Source: an uncultured Staphylococcaceae bacterium (GTDB lineage: Bacteria > Bacillota_I > Bacilli_A > RFN20 > CAG-826). Taken from it: DNA of 64,000 nt. How positions within the stretch are numbered: position 1 is the first letter of the stretch; each line of letters starts with the position of its first letter. Below are positions 39,683-50,638 of this stretch, in pieces. The stretch is taken from the NCBI GenBank assembly GCA_964416025.1, contig CAYQCJ010000003.1, positions 7,603 through 71,602 on the forward strand, read 5' to 3'. The position numbers were made by a program, and so were the translations under genes. The notes under the pieces are model-generated. The model was not told the DNA's origin, did no database searches, and saw nothing but the letters and a program-made list of their open reading frames with translations.

Positions 39683-42450
39683 TATTCGATACTTTTTAAG
39701 CTTTCCGCCATCTCTATTTTATCAATACGATATGAGATTAAAATATTAACTAATAAAGCGGTAAAGAAACTAATAATGAAAGCATAAATATATGATGTCC
39801 AATCTACAAAATAAGTCCAACTTACAAGAGGGGTAACATTGGTTCCAAGGACCACTATTTCAAGAGGTAAACCAAGGAACATTCCAAGAACCGCTCCAAT
39901 TGCAGTCAAGAACATAACTTCATAAATTAAAGACTTAGCAATTTCAAACTTTGAAAATCCAAGAACTCTAAGCGTCGCAATATCTCTTCTTCTTTCTTCG
40001 AAGTTAAGAATTGCTAAATTGATTAAAACAACAACGGCCAACATAATTGCAAAGACCAAAATTGTATTAGTCATCGAGCGAACATTCGACATATAAGATT
40101 CGATTAATTCCATATTATCTTCATAGGTCTTTGAATAGTTAACACCTTTAACTTTATTAACTTTATCTCGCATTTCAGAACGAACATATCCGTCTTTTAT
40201 ATCGGCCCATGCGTTAGTTCTGGTCGTAAATAAATCCGGCATTGTTTCAGTATAAATAAATATTCCGTGACAAGCAAAAGCGTAAAATACATTACTAACT
40301 TTAATTTTTTGTGTTTCTCCACCAATACTGAAAGTCACTTCATCGCCTTCTTTTAAACCTAAATCGTTGGCTTGTGCTTCTGACATTCCAATACCAGTTG
40401 TATCCCAATATCCACCTTCAAGAGCATCATCAAATTTAAAGTCTCTAGCTTCTTTTTCAAAATAATAAACTGACATTTCCGAGGTTTTGGTTCCAGCACC
40501 TCCAGCATAAATTACATTTGTTTGAGAAATAGTAAATTCATCAACTCGATCCATTCCATCAATTGCTAATAACTCATTTTTTACAGAACCAATTTCTTGG
40601 TTAGAAGAATAAGCAATAACTAAATCGGCACTATAAACGCCATACATATCATTGTCTTTTCCTTTATTTATAGTGTCATTAATACCAAATCCACAAATAG
40701 ACAATCCAGTGCAACCCATGACGCCAAGGATAACCATGATTGATTTTGCCTTATGAACTTTAATATTTCTTAAAGCCATCATTAAGGAAGTATGTTTAGC
40801 TTCTTTATTAATTTGTTTAAATTTAAGAGTAGGAGCGGCAGGTCTCATTGATTTAGCAGGAACATAACTCAATTCTCTTCTAATAACTAAATAAGTCATT
40901 AATGAGATTAAAACAACGACACCAACGAGCATTGCTCCAGCTGCCATCCGTGGGAAACTATAGCCCATTGCAGGTAATTCATACAAAATATTGTATTTAA
41001 TATTCATAACATGAGGCAAAATTAATGGGCCACAAATCAAACCAAGAATGACGCCAATAATTCCGATGACGTTCATAAATAAAATATAATAAAGAAGGAT
41101 TTTGGTTTTTGATAAGCCTAAAGCTTTCATTGTTCCAATTTGTAATCTTTGTTTAAGCATCATTTGAGTTATGGTTGTTAAAACAACAAGAATAGCAACA
41201 GCAAAGAAAATAAGTGGGAAACAATAGGTTAATTGCTCAGATTGAACAATATCATTTTGAATAACGGCATTAGATGGATAATTATCTTTACTTAAACAAG
41301 CCAACAATTTATCAGCATTATTAATCTCAAAATAGTTTTCAATCTCGGTAATTGTTGAATTGATTAAATCTTCATTAGTCAATTTTATAATGTATTGATT
41401 ATAAATATCTTTAACAGCGCTAGTTAAAACATTATCATCGTTGGATTCAAGAATATCTTGTTTAATTAGTTCTGAACCAGCAGAGACAATAAAATCAAAT
41501 GAGTCTTTATTGGTAGTTAAATAAGATAAAATTGTAGTTTTATATGTTCCATCAGGTAAAGCATTTACCAAATTATATATATCTTCATAATTAATTTCGG
41601 TAGCAATTTGATCGATGACTGAGTTCACAAAAGTTCTGGTTCCCATCATATAATATGGGGGATTGAACGTGGTATTTTGAATATTTTCAGGATGTTGCAT
41701 TATTCCATTAACAGGAATATTGAAAGTCGTATTTGAGTTTGCAAAGGCATCATCAATGTTTTCATCAATAAATTGGTAGAAATCATTCTTATTATTTTTA
41801 ATATACTCTAAAATTAAATCCGCTTGTTCACGAGTCAAATTTAATTCTTTATAATGTGAATTTAAATAAAATTGGACATAAGTAACAATTGAGTTGTAAT
41901 TCTCTAATAAAGACTTGGCAATTTGTTTTACAGCTGTTGAATCAAAAGAAACTGGAAGAGTTGTGCCTAAAGTAAATTGATCATAAGGAAGTAAGGTATA
42001 ACTTTCGATTGTATTTCTATCGACAAAGAAAAAATCTTCATTTATATATTCATCGTCTTCCTTATAATCGGTATCATATTCTTTATTTAAGGTAGGTCTA
42101 TCGTAAGAAATTAAGCCATAACTTGAGATACTTCCAATATTAGAAGGGGCAAGTAATCTCTTTTCAACCACACTGTCTTCGCCGGCAATTTCTTTAATTT
42201 TATTTGATTCAGCAGTGATATTGTCACTTGTATCTAGTTCAAGATTCATCGTAACCCAAATATCAGCTAAATTACCGTTTTCGGTAGAATAAACTTCATC
42301 GACACGACGTGAAAATTCAATTGAATTAGAACTTAATCCAGTGAATAAAGTAACGGAAATTCCAATGATAAAAACAATCGCAATAAATTGCATTATATTG
42401 CGTTTTAAATCCCTCTTTAAACTTTTAAATAATGTTTTAAGAAGTCTCAT
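39682..42450 (-). CDS. ABC transporter permease, double FtsX-domain (MacB/YbbP-like)
   Basis: 922 aa with two blocks of 4 TM helices, each following a large extracytoplasmic domain. Directly downstream of a MacB-type ATPase. Confidence 0.8.
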   Translation of the reverse strand: MRLLKTLFKSLKRDLKRNIMQFIAIVFIIGISVTLFTGLSSNSIEFSRRVDEVYSTENGNLADIWVTMNLELDTSDNITAESNKIKEIAGEDSVVEKRLLAPSNIGSISSYGLISYDRPTLNKEYDTDYKEDDEYINEDFFFVDRNTIESYTLLPYDQFTLGTTLPVSFDSTAVKQIAKSLLENYNSIVTYVQFYLNSHYKELNLTREQADLILEYIKNNKNDFYQFIDENIDDAFANSNTTFNIPVNGIMQHPENIQNTTFNPPYYMMGTRTFVNSVIDQIATEINYEDIYNLVNALPDGTYKTTILSYLTTNKDSFDFIVSAGSELIKQDILESNDDNVLTSAVKDIYNQYIIKLTNEDLINSTITEIENYFEINNADKLLACLSKDNYPSNAVIQNDIVQSEQLTYCFPLIFFAVAILVVLTTITQMMLKQRLQIGTMKALGLSKTKILLYYILFMNVIGIIGVILGLICGPLILPHVMNIKYNILYELPAMGYSFPRMAAGAMLVGVVVLISLMTYLVIRRELSYVPAKSMRPAAPTLKFKQINKEAKHTSLMMALRNIKVHKAKSIMVILGVMGCTGLSICGFGINDTINKGKDNDMYGVYSADLVIAYSSNQEIGSVKNELLAIDGMDRVDEFTISQTNVIYAGGAGTKTSEMSVYYFEKEARDFKFDDALEGGYWDTTGIGMSEAQANDLGLKEGDEVTFSIGGETQKIKVSNVFYAFACHGIFIYTETMPDLFTTRTNAWADIKDGYVRSEMRDKVNKVKGVNYSKTYEDNMELIESYMSNVRSMTNTILVFAIMLAVVVLINLAILNFEERRRDIATLRVLGFSKFEIAKSLIYEVMFLTAIGAVLGMFLGLPLEIVVLGTNVTPLVSWTYFVDWTSYIYAFIISFFTALLVNILISYRIDKIEMAESLKSIE

Positions 42451-43260
42451 TTACCACTCGATCTCCTTAGCGGTTTTTGGATTTTTAACAACTTCATCAG
42501 AAACAATTTTTCCATCATTAACTTTAATAATACGGTCAGCAATAACACTTATCGCTTTATTATGGGTAACAATAATAACTGTTTTCTTTTGTTCACGACT
42601 AACTTTCCATAATAAATCCATAATTGAAGCACCAGTCTTGCTATCAAGAGCCCCGGTTGGTTCATCGCACAATAAAATAGTAGGATTTTTAACTAAAGCA
42701 CGGGCGATAGCAACTCTTTGTTGCTCTCCTCCGCTCAATTGACTTGGGAAATTCTTTTCTCTTCCTCCAAGTCCGACTAAAGTTAAAATTTCATGAGAAT
42801 CAAAATGTTTATCAACTAAACTTGATGCTAAATAAACATTTTCATAGGCATTTAATGAAGGCATAAGATTATAAAATTGAAAAACAAACCCAATATCATA
42901 TCTTCTAAATTTAGCTAATTCTTTTTCATTCATCACAGTAATATCTTTACCATTTAAAATGAAAGTTCCATAAGTTGCTCTATCCATTCCACCTAAAATA
43001 TTAAGCAAAGTAGATTTTCCAGCACCACTTGGACCTAAAATAACAACTAATTCACCTTTATTTATTTCAAAACTAGCATCTTTTAATGCAATAATTTCAG
43101 CTTCATTCTTCTTTTTGTTACCATATATTTTAGTAAGGCCTTTAACAATGATTTGAGCTTGAGAATCGATATGATCATCAGGATTTTCAGAAGTCAAAAC
43201 AAGTTGGCTTAATCCAATATCCCCTGTAAACCCCTCTTCTTTTTCTGTTTTTTCTTCCAT
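42451..43260 (-). CDS. ABC transporter ATP-binding protein (MacB/LolD-like)
   Basis: [47 protein letters not shown]. Confidence 0.9.
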   Translation of the reverse strand: MEEKTEKEEGFTGDIGLSQLVLTSENPDDHIDSQAQIIVKGLTKIYGNKKKNEAEIIALKDASFEINKGELVVILGPSGAGKSTLLNILGGMDRATYGTFILNGKDITVMNEKELAKFRRYDIGFVFQFYNLMPSLNAYENVYLASSLVDKHFDSHEILTLVGLGGREKNFPSQLSGGEQQRVAIARALVKNPTILLCDEPTGALDSKTGASIMDLLWKVSREQKKTVIIVTHNKAISVIADRIIKVNDGKIVSDEVVKNPKTAKEIEW

Positions 43261-43276
43261 AACTAAACTCCTTTAA

Positions 43277-44872
43277 CTATAATAATGGGGCAAATAAACG
43301 AATAACACTCCAATAAATTCTAACAATAACTGGTTTATTTAAATATTTTTCAGGCAATACCATTGTAGATTTTTTTATGATAAAGTCCATATCTTTTTTT
43401 ACATCCAAAACAGTATGTGTTTGATATAAAACAACCGCATCCTCAAAGTGAAGATACATACTGCGGAAATCAAAGTTAACAGTTCCAACAGTAGCGACCA
43501 TATCATCAACAACCATCATTTTGGAATGATTGAATCCAGGAGTATATTCATAAATCTTTACTCCGGAAATTAATAATCTACTGTAATAAGCTCTTGTAAC
43601 CGAATAAACAAACTTTTTATCAGGAATACCAGGAGTAACAATTCGAACATCAATTCCGCTCTTAGAAGCTGTATTTAACGCTTCAAGTAATTCACTATCT
43701 GGCATCAAATAAGGAGTTGATAAATAAATGTACTTTTTAGCTTTTGAAATCATTGAAAGATAAACGTTTTTAGCACCATCTTCTCCATCAAAAGGAATCT
43801 CACCAAATGGTTGAACAAATCCATCAGGTTTAATATTTGGATCTAATAAATCTTTATTCTTAATAAAAGAATAGTTCATAACATTTTCTTTGTTAATATG
43901 TTTTTTATTGCGGAATTGTGCGTCCCAAGTAGATAAGAATAAAGATGTCAAACCATTGACACCATCGCCTTTTAACATAATAAAATTATCTTTCCAATCA
44001 CCAAATCGCTTGACTCTATTTATATATTCATCAGCTAAATTACATCCGCCAGCGAATCCAGTAACACCATCAATAACGATAATCTTACGGTGATCACGGC
44101 TATTTTGACGAATATCAACAAATGGTCTTATAACATTAAAAGCGAAACATTTAATTCCGTCTTTTGCTGCATCTTTAACAAAACGATAACTCATTTTTTT
44201 AACGCTACCGAAATCATCATAAATAATTCTTACATCGACACCTTCTTTAACTTTTTCTCTTAAAATTAAATAAATATTATCAAACATGTATCCGTCTTCA
44301 ATAATAAACGATTCAATAAATATAAATCTTTTTGCTTTTTGAAGTTCCTCTAAAATATGAGGATATCCATCTTGACCATAAGGATAATAAGTTGTTTCCG
44401 TATTTTCATATAAAGATGCAATACAGTTTTTATCTAAATAATTAGCAAGAGGAGCTGAATCGCGATCAATTAAAGCAAGTTTTTTAAGTTCCTTAGTAGA
44501 ATTAACTCTTGTAATCGAAAGACGATTATTAATCTTATCATTTCTTTTTACCCTCATACGTTTGGAAGTCATTTTATTAGCAAACATTATATATAAAAGT
44601 ACGCCCACGAAAGGCAAAGAAATAATTACAAATAACCATGTATTTTTAAAATCATTTTGTGTTCTACTATTAATTAAGAATAACGAAACACATAAATCAA
44701 GAACATAGAGAACGATAATTGGAATATATGAATAAGCTCTGAACCATTCATAAATAATAATGAGATAAACAAAGCCAATAACAACTAATAATTGAAGTAA
44801 AAAAAGTATTCCGAATATATATAGACGGATATGAGAAACTCTTTTTCTTTTTGGACCAGTTCTCTTTTTCAT
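43277..44872 (-). CDS. cls: cardiolipin synthase (PLD superfamily)
   Basis: N-terminal TM helices and two HKD motifs (HRKIIVIDG and HSKMMVVDD). Confidence 0.9.
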   Translation of the reverse strand: MKKRTGPKRKRVSHIRLYIFGILFLLQLLVVIGFVYLIIIYEWFRAYSYIPIIVLYVLDLCVSLFLINSRTQNDFKNTWLFVIISLPFVGVLLYIMFANKMTSKRMRVKRNDKINNRLSITRVNSTKELKKLALIDRDSAPLANYLDKNCIASLYENTETTYYPYGQDGYPHILEELQKAKRFIFIESFIIEDGYMFDNIYLILREKVKEGVDVRIIYDDFGSVKKMSYRFVKDAAKDGIKCFAFNVIRPFVDIRQNSRDHRKIIVIDGVTGFAGGCNLADEYINRVKRFGDWKDNFIMLKGDGVNGLTSLFLSTWDAQFRNKKHINKENVMNYSFIKNKDLLDPNIKPDGFVQPFGEIPFDGEDGAKNVYLSMISKAKKYIYLSTPYLMPDSELLEALNTASKSGIDVRIVTPGIPDKKFVYSVTRAYYSRLLISGVKIYEYTPGFNHSKMMVVDDMVATVGTVNFDFRSMYLHFEDAVVLYQTHTVLDVKKDMDFIIKKSTMVLPEKYLNKPVIVRIYWSVIRLFAPLL

Positions 44873-44904
44873 ATTACCTTATATGTATTTTATCAATACA
44901 TATA

Positions 44905-45549
44905 TTATTTTTCTACAAAGTCGACTATTTCTTTGAAACTATTAACTAAAGGAACCTTAGCTTGCTTTAAAACTTGAACACTATTATGTCCTTGTGTATA
45001 CAATATGCAATCCATACCCAATTCATTAGCAACTTCATAGTCATGAAAAGTGTCACCAATCATCAAACAATCTTTTGGTTCGATATTTTTAGAGACCATA
45101 AACTCTCTTCCATAACCAATTTTTCCATCAGCTTTGAGGTTAGTGCAACCCACCATTTCTGAAAAGTACTTGTAAATCCCCAATGATTTTGTTTGTTCGA
45201 CCAATAAATTGATTTCGCTAGCTGATAAAATATATAATCCAAAACCATCGTCTTTAAGTTTCTTTAAAGAAGAATCAACAGATGGGTAAAGTTTTGTTTC
45301 GTCGTTGAATTGTTTTAAATATTCACTAAAAAACATCTCACAAATGTCTGCATAATCAACTTTATTAAAATCGAAGCCAGCAAATTCGTAATAATTTTTA
45401 ACTGGAAAGCAAAAATTATTTAAGTAAGTTTCTTTACTTAATTTTTTTATGCCCCATTTAGCAAAAATTGAGTTTTCGATGTTATAACAAAGATCGACAT
45501 CATCTAAAAGCGTTCCATTAAAATCAAAAAATATGTATTTGTATTTCAT
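44905..45549 (-). CDS. HAD-superfamily hydrolase (phosphoglycolate phosphatase-like)
   Basis: Motif I FFDFNGTLLDD; motif IV MIGDTFHDYEVA. Confidence 0.75.
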   Translation of the reverse strand: MKYKYIFFDFNGTLLDDVDLCYNIENSIFAKWGIKKLSKETYLNNFCFPVKNYYEFAGFDFNKVDYADICEMFFSEYLKQFNDETKLYPSVDSSLKKLKDDGFGLYILSASEINLLVEQTKSLGIYKYFSEMVGCTNLKADGKIGYGREFMVSKNIEPKDCLMIGDTFHDYEVANELGMDCILYTQGHNSVQVLKQAKVPLVNSFKEIVDFVEK

Positions 45550-45557
45550 AAATATAC

Positions 45558-46028
45558 CTACTTCAAAGCAACCCTGATACGCGCAATAATTTCTTGCTCT
45601 TTTTCAGCGTATTCTTTGTAATTTCCCTTGTAAAGCCCTATTCTTTTGTCTAATTCTTCCGATTCTTTAAGATCACGGAAAAGCATTTCAACTAAAGCAA
45701 TTTCTTCATTTTTATTAGCCATACTTGAATAAAACATAAAGACTTCTATCTCATCCAAAATAGCTTTTTTAATAACTAAAGACTTATTTAAATCGCGGTC
45801 TTTAATTTTGTCGTAAACATTAATTAAATCTAATAATAAATTCTTCGTGCTTTTGTATTTTAGAACAATTTCATTTTTAGGAAGATTGAGAGTTTCTTTT
45901 GGTTTTTCTACTTGTTTTTGATTTAAATCATTATCAAATTCAACAAAAAACTCACTTGTCGATCCACACATTGGACAAACATTAGCATCTTCAAATACTG
46001 TTCCACATACTTTGCACTTATATTTCAT
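45558..46028 (-). CDS. rubredoxin-like zinc-ribbon protein with a helical C-terminal domain, unknown function
   Basis: N-terminal CKVCG...CPMCG pair, followed by a predicted all-helical region. Confidence 0.5.
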   Translation of the reverse strand: MKYKCKVCGTVFEDANVCPMCGSTSEFFVEFDNDLNQKQVEKPKETLNLPKNEIVLKYKSTKNLLLDLINVYDKIKDRDLNKSLVIKKAILDEIEVFMFYSSMANKNEEIALVEMLFRDLKESEELDKRIGLYKGNYKEYAEKEQEIIARIRVALK

Positions 46029-46029
46029 T

Positions 46030-47295
46030 TTATTTTCTAAATAACATGGCTTTTTCGATATCAGAGACTTCTTTAATAATGTTACCGCTTAAGTTATAAC
46101 TGCCTTCTTCAGTAACTAAAATGTCATCTTCAATTCTAACGCCAATTCCTAATTCCTTAAAATAAAGTCCTGGTTCATCACTAATAATATTGCCAGCTTC
46201 TAATGGCTTAGTTCTTAAACTAATATCGTGAGTATCAAGACCAATATGGTGAGAAATATTATGAAAATAATAATTCTTAATTTCTTCTTTATCTTTAATC
46301 AATCCAGCATTTAAGCAGCCATTGGCAAGGAAATTTATAGTTTTTTCTTGAAGTTCAGCAATTGTTACACCAGGTTTAATCCAAGTAATAACAGCTTTAT
46401 TACAACCTAAAACAATATTGTAAATTTTCTTCTGTAAATCATTAAATTTTCCATTAACTGGATAAACACGACTGATATCGGCACAATATCCATTGTTCTT
46501 GCTTCCAAGATCTAATTGTAAACATTCGCCAGCATTAATCTTTCCGACAGGTGTTGGATAATGTAAACATGTAGCATGAACTCCACTCGCACAGATTGTA
46601 GGGAAACTCAATTCACTATAATCGTAACTTTGGATAGTGTAATAAAACAAACTACTAATTTGATATTCGTACATTCCAGGCTTAAGAGCCATTAATATTT
46701 TCTTTAAACCAATATTTGTTTTTGAAATAGCTTCTTTAAATTCTTCAATTTCTTGAGGAGACTTAACCATTCTTAATTTTAATAAAAATGGATAAATGTT
46801 CTTAATTTCGATATTTGTATAATTTGCACTTAAACTATTAGCAAGTTGAACTGTATATAAATCTTCACCGATCTTAAGTTCTTTATCTAAATCTAAATAT
46901 AAATGAGAATAGAAACCATAAACTTGATCTTTGCCATTGAGGAACATATCAAGTTTAGCTGAAAAAACATCTAAACCAAGGACATTTTCAATGCCACTTA
47001 ACTTAGTAGCTTCTTCGGCAGTAAGTCTTTTTCCAGTCCATTTTTCTTTTACAACATCGTATTCACTAATGAATAAGAATTCTTTTAAAATTCCATCACA
47101 TTTAGCGAGTAAATAAATAGAGCCTTCTTGTTCAATGTTAGTTAAATAATAGAAATTTCTATTGGCAGTATATGGTAAAGTTTCATCTTCACTATATTTT
47201 TTGGCAACTCCAGCATACATAATAACGACGCTATTATCGTCAATTTCCTTAAATAACTTATTTCTTCTTTCGACAAATTCTTTTGTTTTTATCAT
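46030..47295 (-). CDS. Xaa-Pro aminopeptidase (M24B)
   Basis: Creatinase-like N-terminal domain. Metal ligand contexts DLGSKNNGYCADISR, HHIGLDTHD, EPGLY and RIEDD. Confidence 0.85.
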   Translation of the reverse strand: MIKTKEFVERRNKLFKEIDDNSVVIMYAGVAKKYSEDETLPYTANRNFYYLTNIEQEGSIYLLAKCDGILKEFLFISEYDVVKEKWTGKRLTAEEATKLSGIENVLGLDVFSAKLDMFLNGKDQVYGFYSHLYLDLDKELKIGEDLYTVQLANSLSANYTNIEIKNIYPFLLKLRMVKSPQEIEEFKEAISKTNIGLKKILMALKPGMYEYQISSLFYYTIQSYDYSELSFPTICASGVHATCLHYPTPVGKINAGECLQLDLGSKNNGYCADISRVYPVNGKFNDLQKKIYNIVLGCNKAVITWIKPGVTIAELQEKTINFLANGCLNAGLIKDKEEIKNYYFHNISHHIGLDTHDISLRTKPLEAGNIISDEPGLYFKELGIGVRIEDDILVTEEGSYNLSGNIIKEVSDIEKAMLFRK

Positions 47296-48122
47296 AATTT
47301 CTCCTTCATTTTTAAGAGCTCATCAACAGCTCCTTTAATTTCTGGAAGTTCAATATCATAAACTCTCCCTTGATCAACTAATTCACTATTTCCAGCAACA
47401 ATTGGAAGTTGGCACAAAACTTTTGTACCAATTGATTTAGCAACTTCTTCAATCTTGCTCTTTCCATAAATGTAAATTTTATTTCCACAATTATCACATT
47501 TAACATATGACATGTTTTCAACAATACCTAAAATTGGAACATTAAGTTGTTTAGCCATATTAACGGCCTTTTTAACAATTAATGAAACCAAATCTTGAGG
47601 AGATGTAACAATAATAATTCCATCTAAAGGAATAGATTGGAAAGTAGTTAAAGTGACATCGCTCGTTCCTGGTGGCATATCTATTAATAAATATTCTAAT
47701 GCTCCCCAAACAACATCTTTATAAAATTGACCTAATAATGTAGTGACTAAAGCACCTCTCCAAATAATAGGGTCTTCTTCATTTTCTAAAAGCATGTTAC
47801 TAGAAATGATTTTGACATCATTTTTAGCTAAAACTGGATAAATTAATCCTTTTCCATCACCAAATGCTCTTTCGTGAATTCCGAAAGACTTTGGAATTGA
47901 TGGTCCAGTAATATCGCCATCTAAAATACCAACCTTTTTTCCAGCTTTTTTAAGAGCTGAAGCTAATAAAGATGTAACGAAGGATTTTCCGACGCCACCT
48001 TTACCACTAACAATTGCTACTGTATGTAAAATACAGCTTTGATCGTTTAATTCTAACTGTTCAATTCTTGAAGAACAGTTCTCTTCATTGCATGTTTCGC
48101 AATTATGTGTACAATCACTCAT
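47292..48122 (-). CDS. Mrp/NBP35-family Fe-S cluster carrier ATPase (ApbC-like)
   Basis: Deviant Walker A SGKGGVGKS, a Cys-rich N-terminus and a CDNCG motif. Confidence 0.85.
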   Translation of the reverse strand: MSDCTHNCETCNEENCSSRIEQLELNDQSCILHTVAIVSGKGGVGKSFVTSLLASALKKAGKKVGILDGDITGPSIPKSFGIHERAFGDGKGLIYPVLAKNDVKIISSNMLLENEEDPIIWRGALVTTLLGQFYKDVVWGALEYLLIDMPPGTSDVTLTTFQSIPLDGIIIVTSPQDLVSLIVKKAVNMAKQLNVPILGIVENMSYVKCDNCGNKIYIYGKSKIEEVAKSIGTKVLCQLPIVAGNSELVDQGRVYDIELPEIKGAVDELLKMKEKL

Positions 48123-48125
48123 CTT

Positions 48126-48746
48126 TTATCTCCCATCTATCGATTTTAATACTTCAGTTTCATTGAAACTTATGACTTTTACCTTAAACAAAAATGTCGA
48201 TTCAAGTTCTTTTAAATCTAAATCTCTTGTCGCTAAAAAATCTACCTGTATTTTATCATTAAATTCCATATGTACTAAATCAAAATGATTATTTTTTAAA
48301 TAATACTTAAAAAGATCAAGTTTACTTTGATCAACTTCAACTTTTACTTCTAATTTTTCAACTAATTCGAATTTTTCCGCTTTTTCCACTGTATCATTTG
48401 CAATTTGAACATAAGTTCTAAGTAATCTTCCAGAACCCAATAAAGTTCCACCAAAATAACGAACCACAATAAGTAAAACATTAGTTAATTTATTTCTAAC
48501 CAATATTTCTAACATTGGTTTTCCAGCAGTTCCACTAGGTTCTCCATCATCACTAAATTTTTGATTATCCCCACAAATATAGGCATAACAATAATGTCTT
48601 GCTTTAGGAAATTTCTTTTTATAAATTGTGATTGTTTCTTTTAAGGAATTTGTATCCGAAAAAGGGACAATTATCCCAATAAATTGCGATTTTAATACAT
48701 CAATTTCTGAAATACTTTCGTTTTTAACAGTGCATTTATTTTCCAT
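48126..48746 (-). CDS. YigZ / IMPACT-family protein (UPF0029)
   Basis: HYCYAYICGDNQKFSDDGEPSGTAGKPML matches the conserved IMPACT N-domain core. Confidence 0.8.
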   Translation of the reverse strand: MENKCTVKNESISEIDVLKSQFIGIIVPFSDTNSLKETITIYKKKFPKARHYCYAYICGDNQKFSDDGEPSGTAGKPMLEILVRNKLTNVLLIVVRYFGGTLLGSGRLLRTYVQIANDTVEKAEKFELVEKLEVKVEVDQSKLDLFKYYLKNNHFDLVHMEFNDKIQVDFLATRDLDLKELESTFLFKVKVISFNETEVLKSIDGR

Positions 48747-48791
48747 ACATAAAATATTGTATTTAATATATAATATGAAAGCAAAGTAATT

Positions 48792-49700
48792 ATGAACGAA
48801 AAAGTTAAATGTAAAAAGTGTGGACTCTTGATTGATGAAGATTCAAAAATCTGTCCTTATTGTGGTTATCCAGTTCATCATATTGATGAAGACAAACCTG
48901 AACCAATTCAAGGCGAAGTTGTCGATAAACCAATTCAGCAAACTCCTAAAAAGAGTTTCAATATTTTTGCTTTTGAAACTCGTGAATATAAAACTTCAAT
49001 TTATAAACAAGTTATCTGTTTTTTACTTGGTTTTATTGGATTACAATTTTTAAGTTTAATCATTACAACGATAATTAAAGCGGTCAATCCCTATTATTTA
49101 TTAACAATTACCTATCAAGGCATGGTTAATTTTGCTATTTATAGCTTTCTATTTGGAGCATTCCTTTTAATCCTAAATAAAGATTTGATTCCATTACTTA
49201 GCGAATTTAAAAGTGGCAAAACTTGGCTTAATGGAATTGGTAACGGATTCATTTTAATAGTAGTTACCACTGTCGTTTCAATGCTCTTCAGTTTATTATC
49301 AACCGCCATTCTTGGCTCAAGCACTGTTAACAATAACGAAGCTGGCATCAACTCTATTCAAGCCGCTTATCCATTCGCTTCATTAATTATATTTGGTATT
49401 ATTGGACCAATTTGTGAAGAATTTACTTATCGCTTAGGTTTCTTTTCTTTATTAAAAAGAGCTAATCGAGTTATTGCTTATGTTGGTGTTGCTATTCTTT
49501 TTGGTTTAATTCACTTCGATTATAGTGCAACAGGAACTGCCTTAGCTAATGAATTTTTCAATCTTCCTTCATATATTGTTGCTGGACTTTTATTCTCATA
49601 TTATTACGATAGATACGGACTTTCTAATTCAATAATAGCTCACGTAACCAATAATTTATTCGCCATCATTCTTGGATTTGTTGGCACACATTTAATCTAA
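48792..49700 (+). CDS. zinc-ribbon + CPBP-family intramembrane glutamic endopeptidase (CAAX protease-like)
   Basis: N-terminal CKKCG...CPYCG. CPBP motifs EEFTYRLGF, FGLIHF and AHVTNN. Confidence 0.8.
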   Translation: MNEKVKCKKCGLLIDEDSKICPYCGYPVHHIDEDKPEPIQGEVVDKPIQQTPKKSFNIFAFETREYKTSIYKQVICFLLGFIGLQFLSLIITTIIKAVNPYYLLTITYQGMVNFAIYSFLFGAFLLILNKDLIPLLSEFKSGKTWLNGIGNGFILIVVTTVVSMLFSLLSTAILGSSTVNNNEAGINSIQAAYPFASLIIFGIIGPICEEFTYRLGFFSLLKRANRVIAYVGVAILFGLIHFDYSATGTALANEFFNLPSYIVAGLLFSYYYDRYGLSNSIIAHVTNNLFAIILGFVGTHLI

Positions 49701-50620
49701 TGAAAAAGAAATGGTTGTTCTTAAATAATTTGAGTCTAAAAATAATTGCTTGTGTCGCTATGACGCTCGACCATCTTGGTATTTTTTTACAATTCTATTT
49801 AACTGATCCAGCCTATGAACCACTAATTACTGCCTTTAGAATCATTGGTCGTATTGCGTTACCAATATTTATTTATTTAGTATTTGAAGGATGTAGAAAA
49901 ACTAAAAATATTCAAAAATACTTGATGCGATTAGGTATCGCTTCTTTAGGACTGTATTTATTAATCATTCTCACTTTCGTTATTGCACCAAATATCGGCT
50001 TCAATTTTGGAAGTGGATTCTTCCTTGAAAATATCTTTTTTACCTTATTCTTGTTAGTCCTTACTTATTACTCTTTATTCAAAAATAAGGGGGGTTGGCA
50101 AAGGTTTTTGATAATTATTCCTATCTTATTTGTTGTCGGAGGATGTATATATGAGGTTGCTTGTTTTAATGGAGCTTTCAATTATAAAACTGCTTTCCAA
50201 GGCTTCTTAGATGGAATAATGCCTCAATACCCATTTGAATCTTTAATTATGTTTTTAATTGTTGCTATCTCGAATTATTTCTACGAAAGAAACATCAAAA
50301 AATCTTTAGGACTTGAAGGTGAACAACTTCAAGCTGTTATTGATTCTGATCAATCACAATTTTATAGAAATGTCATGATGGTTATTGCAACTATTATCAT
50401 TTCTTTAATATGTGAAGGTTTAACATATGTCACAAATATTGGGCCATATGTTGTCGATGCCACTATTAGACAAAAAGAAGCTTGGTTCCTAATTTCTTCA
50501 GTATTTATTATTTTTTATAATGGTAAACTGGGTCCTTCAAACAAAATTACCAAGTACGGATTCTATATTTATTATCCAGTGCATATTGGTCTACTTGCAT
50601 TAATTTTCGTGCTAATATAA
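49700..50620 (+). CDS. TraX-family membrane protein
   Basis: LKIIACVAMTLDHLG is the TraX hallmark. Multi-TM protein. Its start overlaps the stop of the upstream gene. Confidence 0.7.
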   Translation: MKKKWLFLNNLSLKIIACVAMTLDHLGIFLQFYLTDPAYEPLITAFRIIGRIALPIFIYLVFEGCRKTKNIQKYLMRLGIASLGLYLLIILTFVIAPNIGFNFGSGFFLENIFFTLFLLVLTYYSLFKNKGGWQRFLIIIPILFVVGGCIYEVACFNGAFNYKTAFQGFLDGIMPQYPFESLIMFLIVAISNYFYERNIKKSLGLEGEQLQAVIDSDQSQFYRNVMMVIATIIISLICEGLTYVTNIGPYVVDATIRQKEAWFLISSVFIIFYNGKLGPSNKITKYGFYIYYPVHIGLLALIFVLI

Positions 50621-50638
50621 TTGCATGGAGGAAAAATT

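Noticed and set aside
42341-42742. 133-aa plus-strand ORF spanning the ATPase/FtsX junction
   Set aside because: It is antisense to two recognisable ABC genes.
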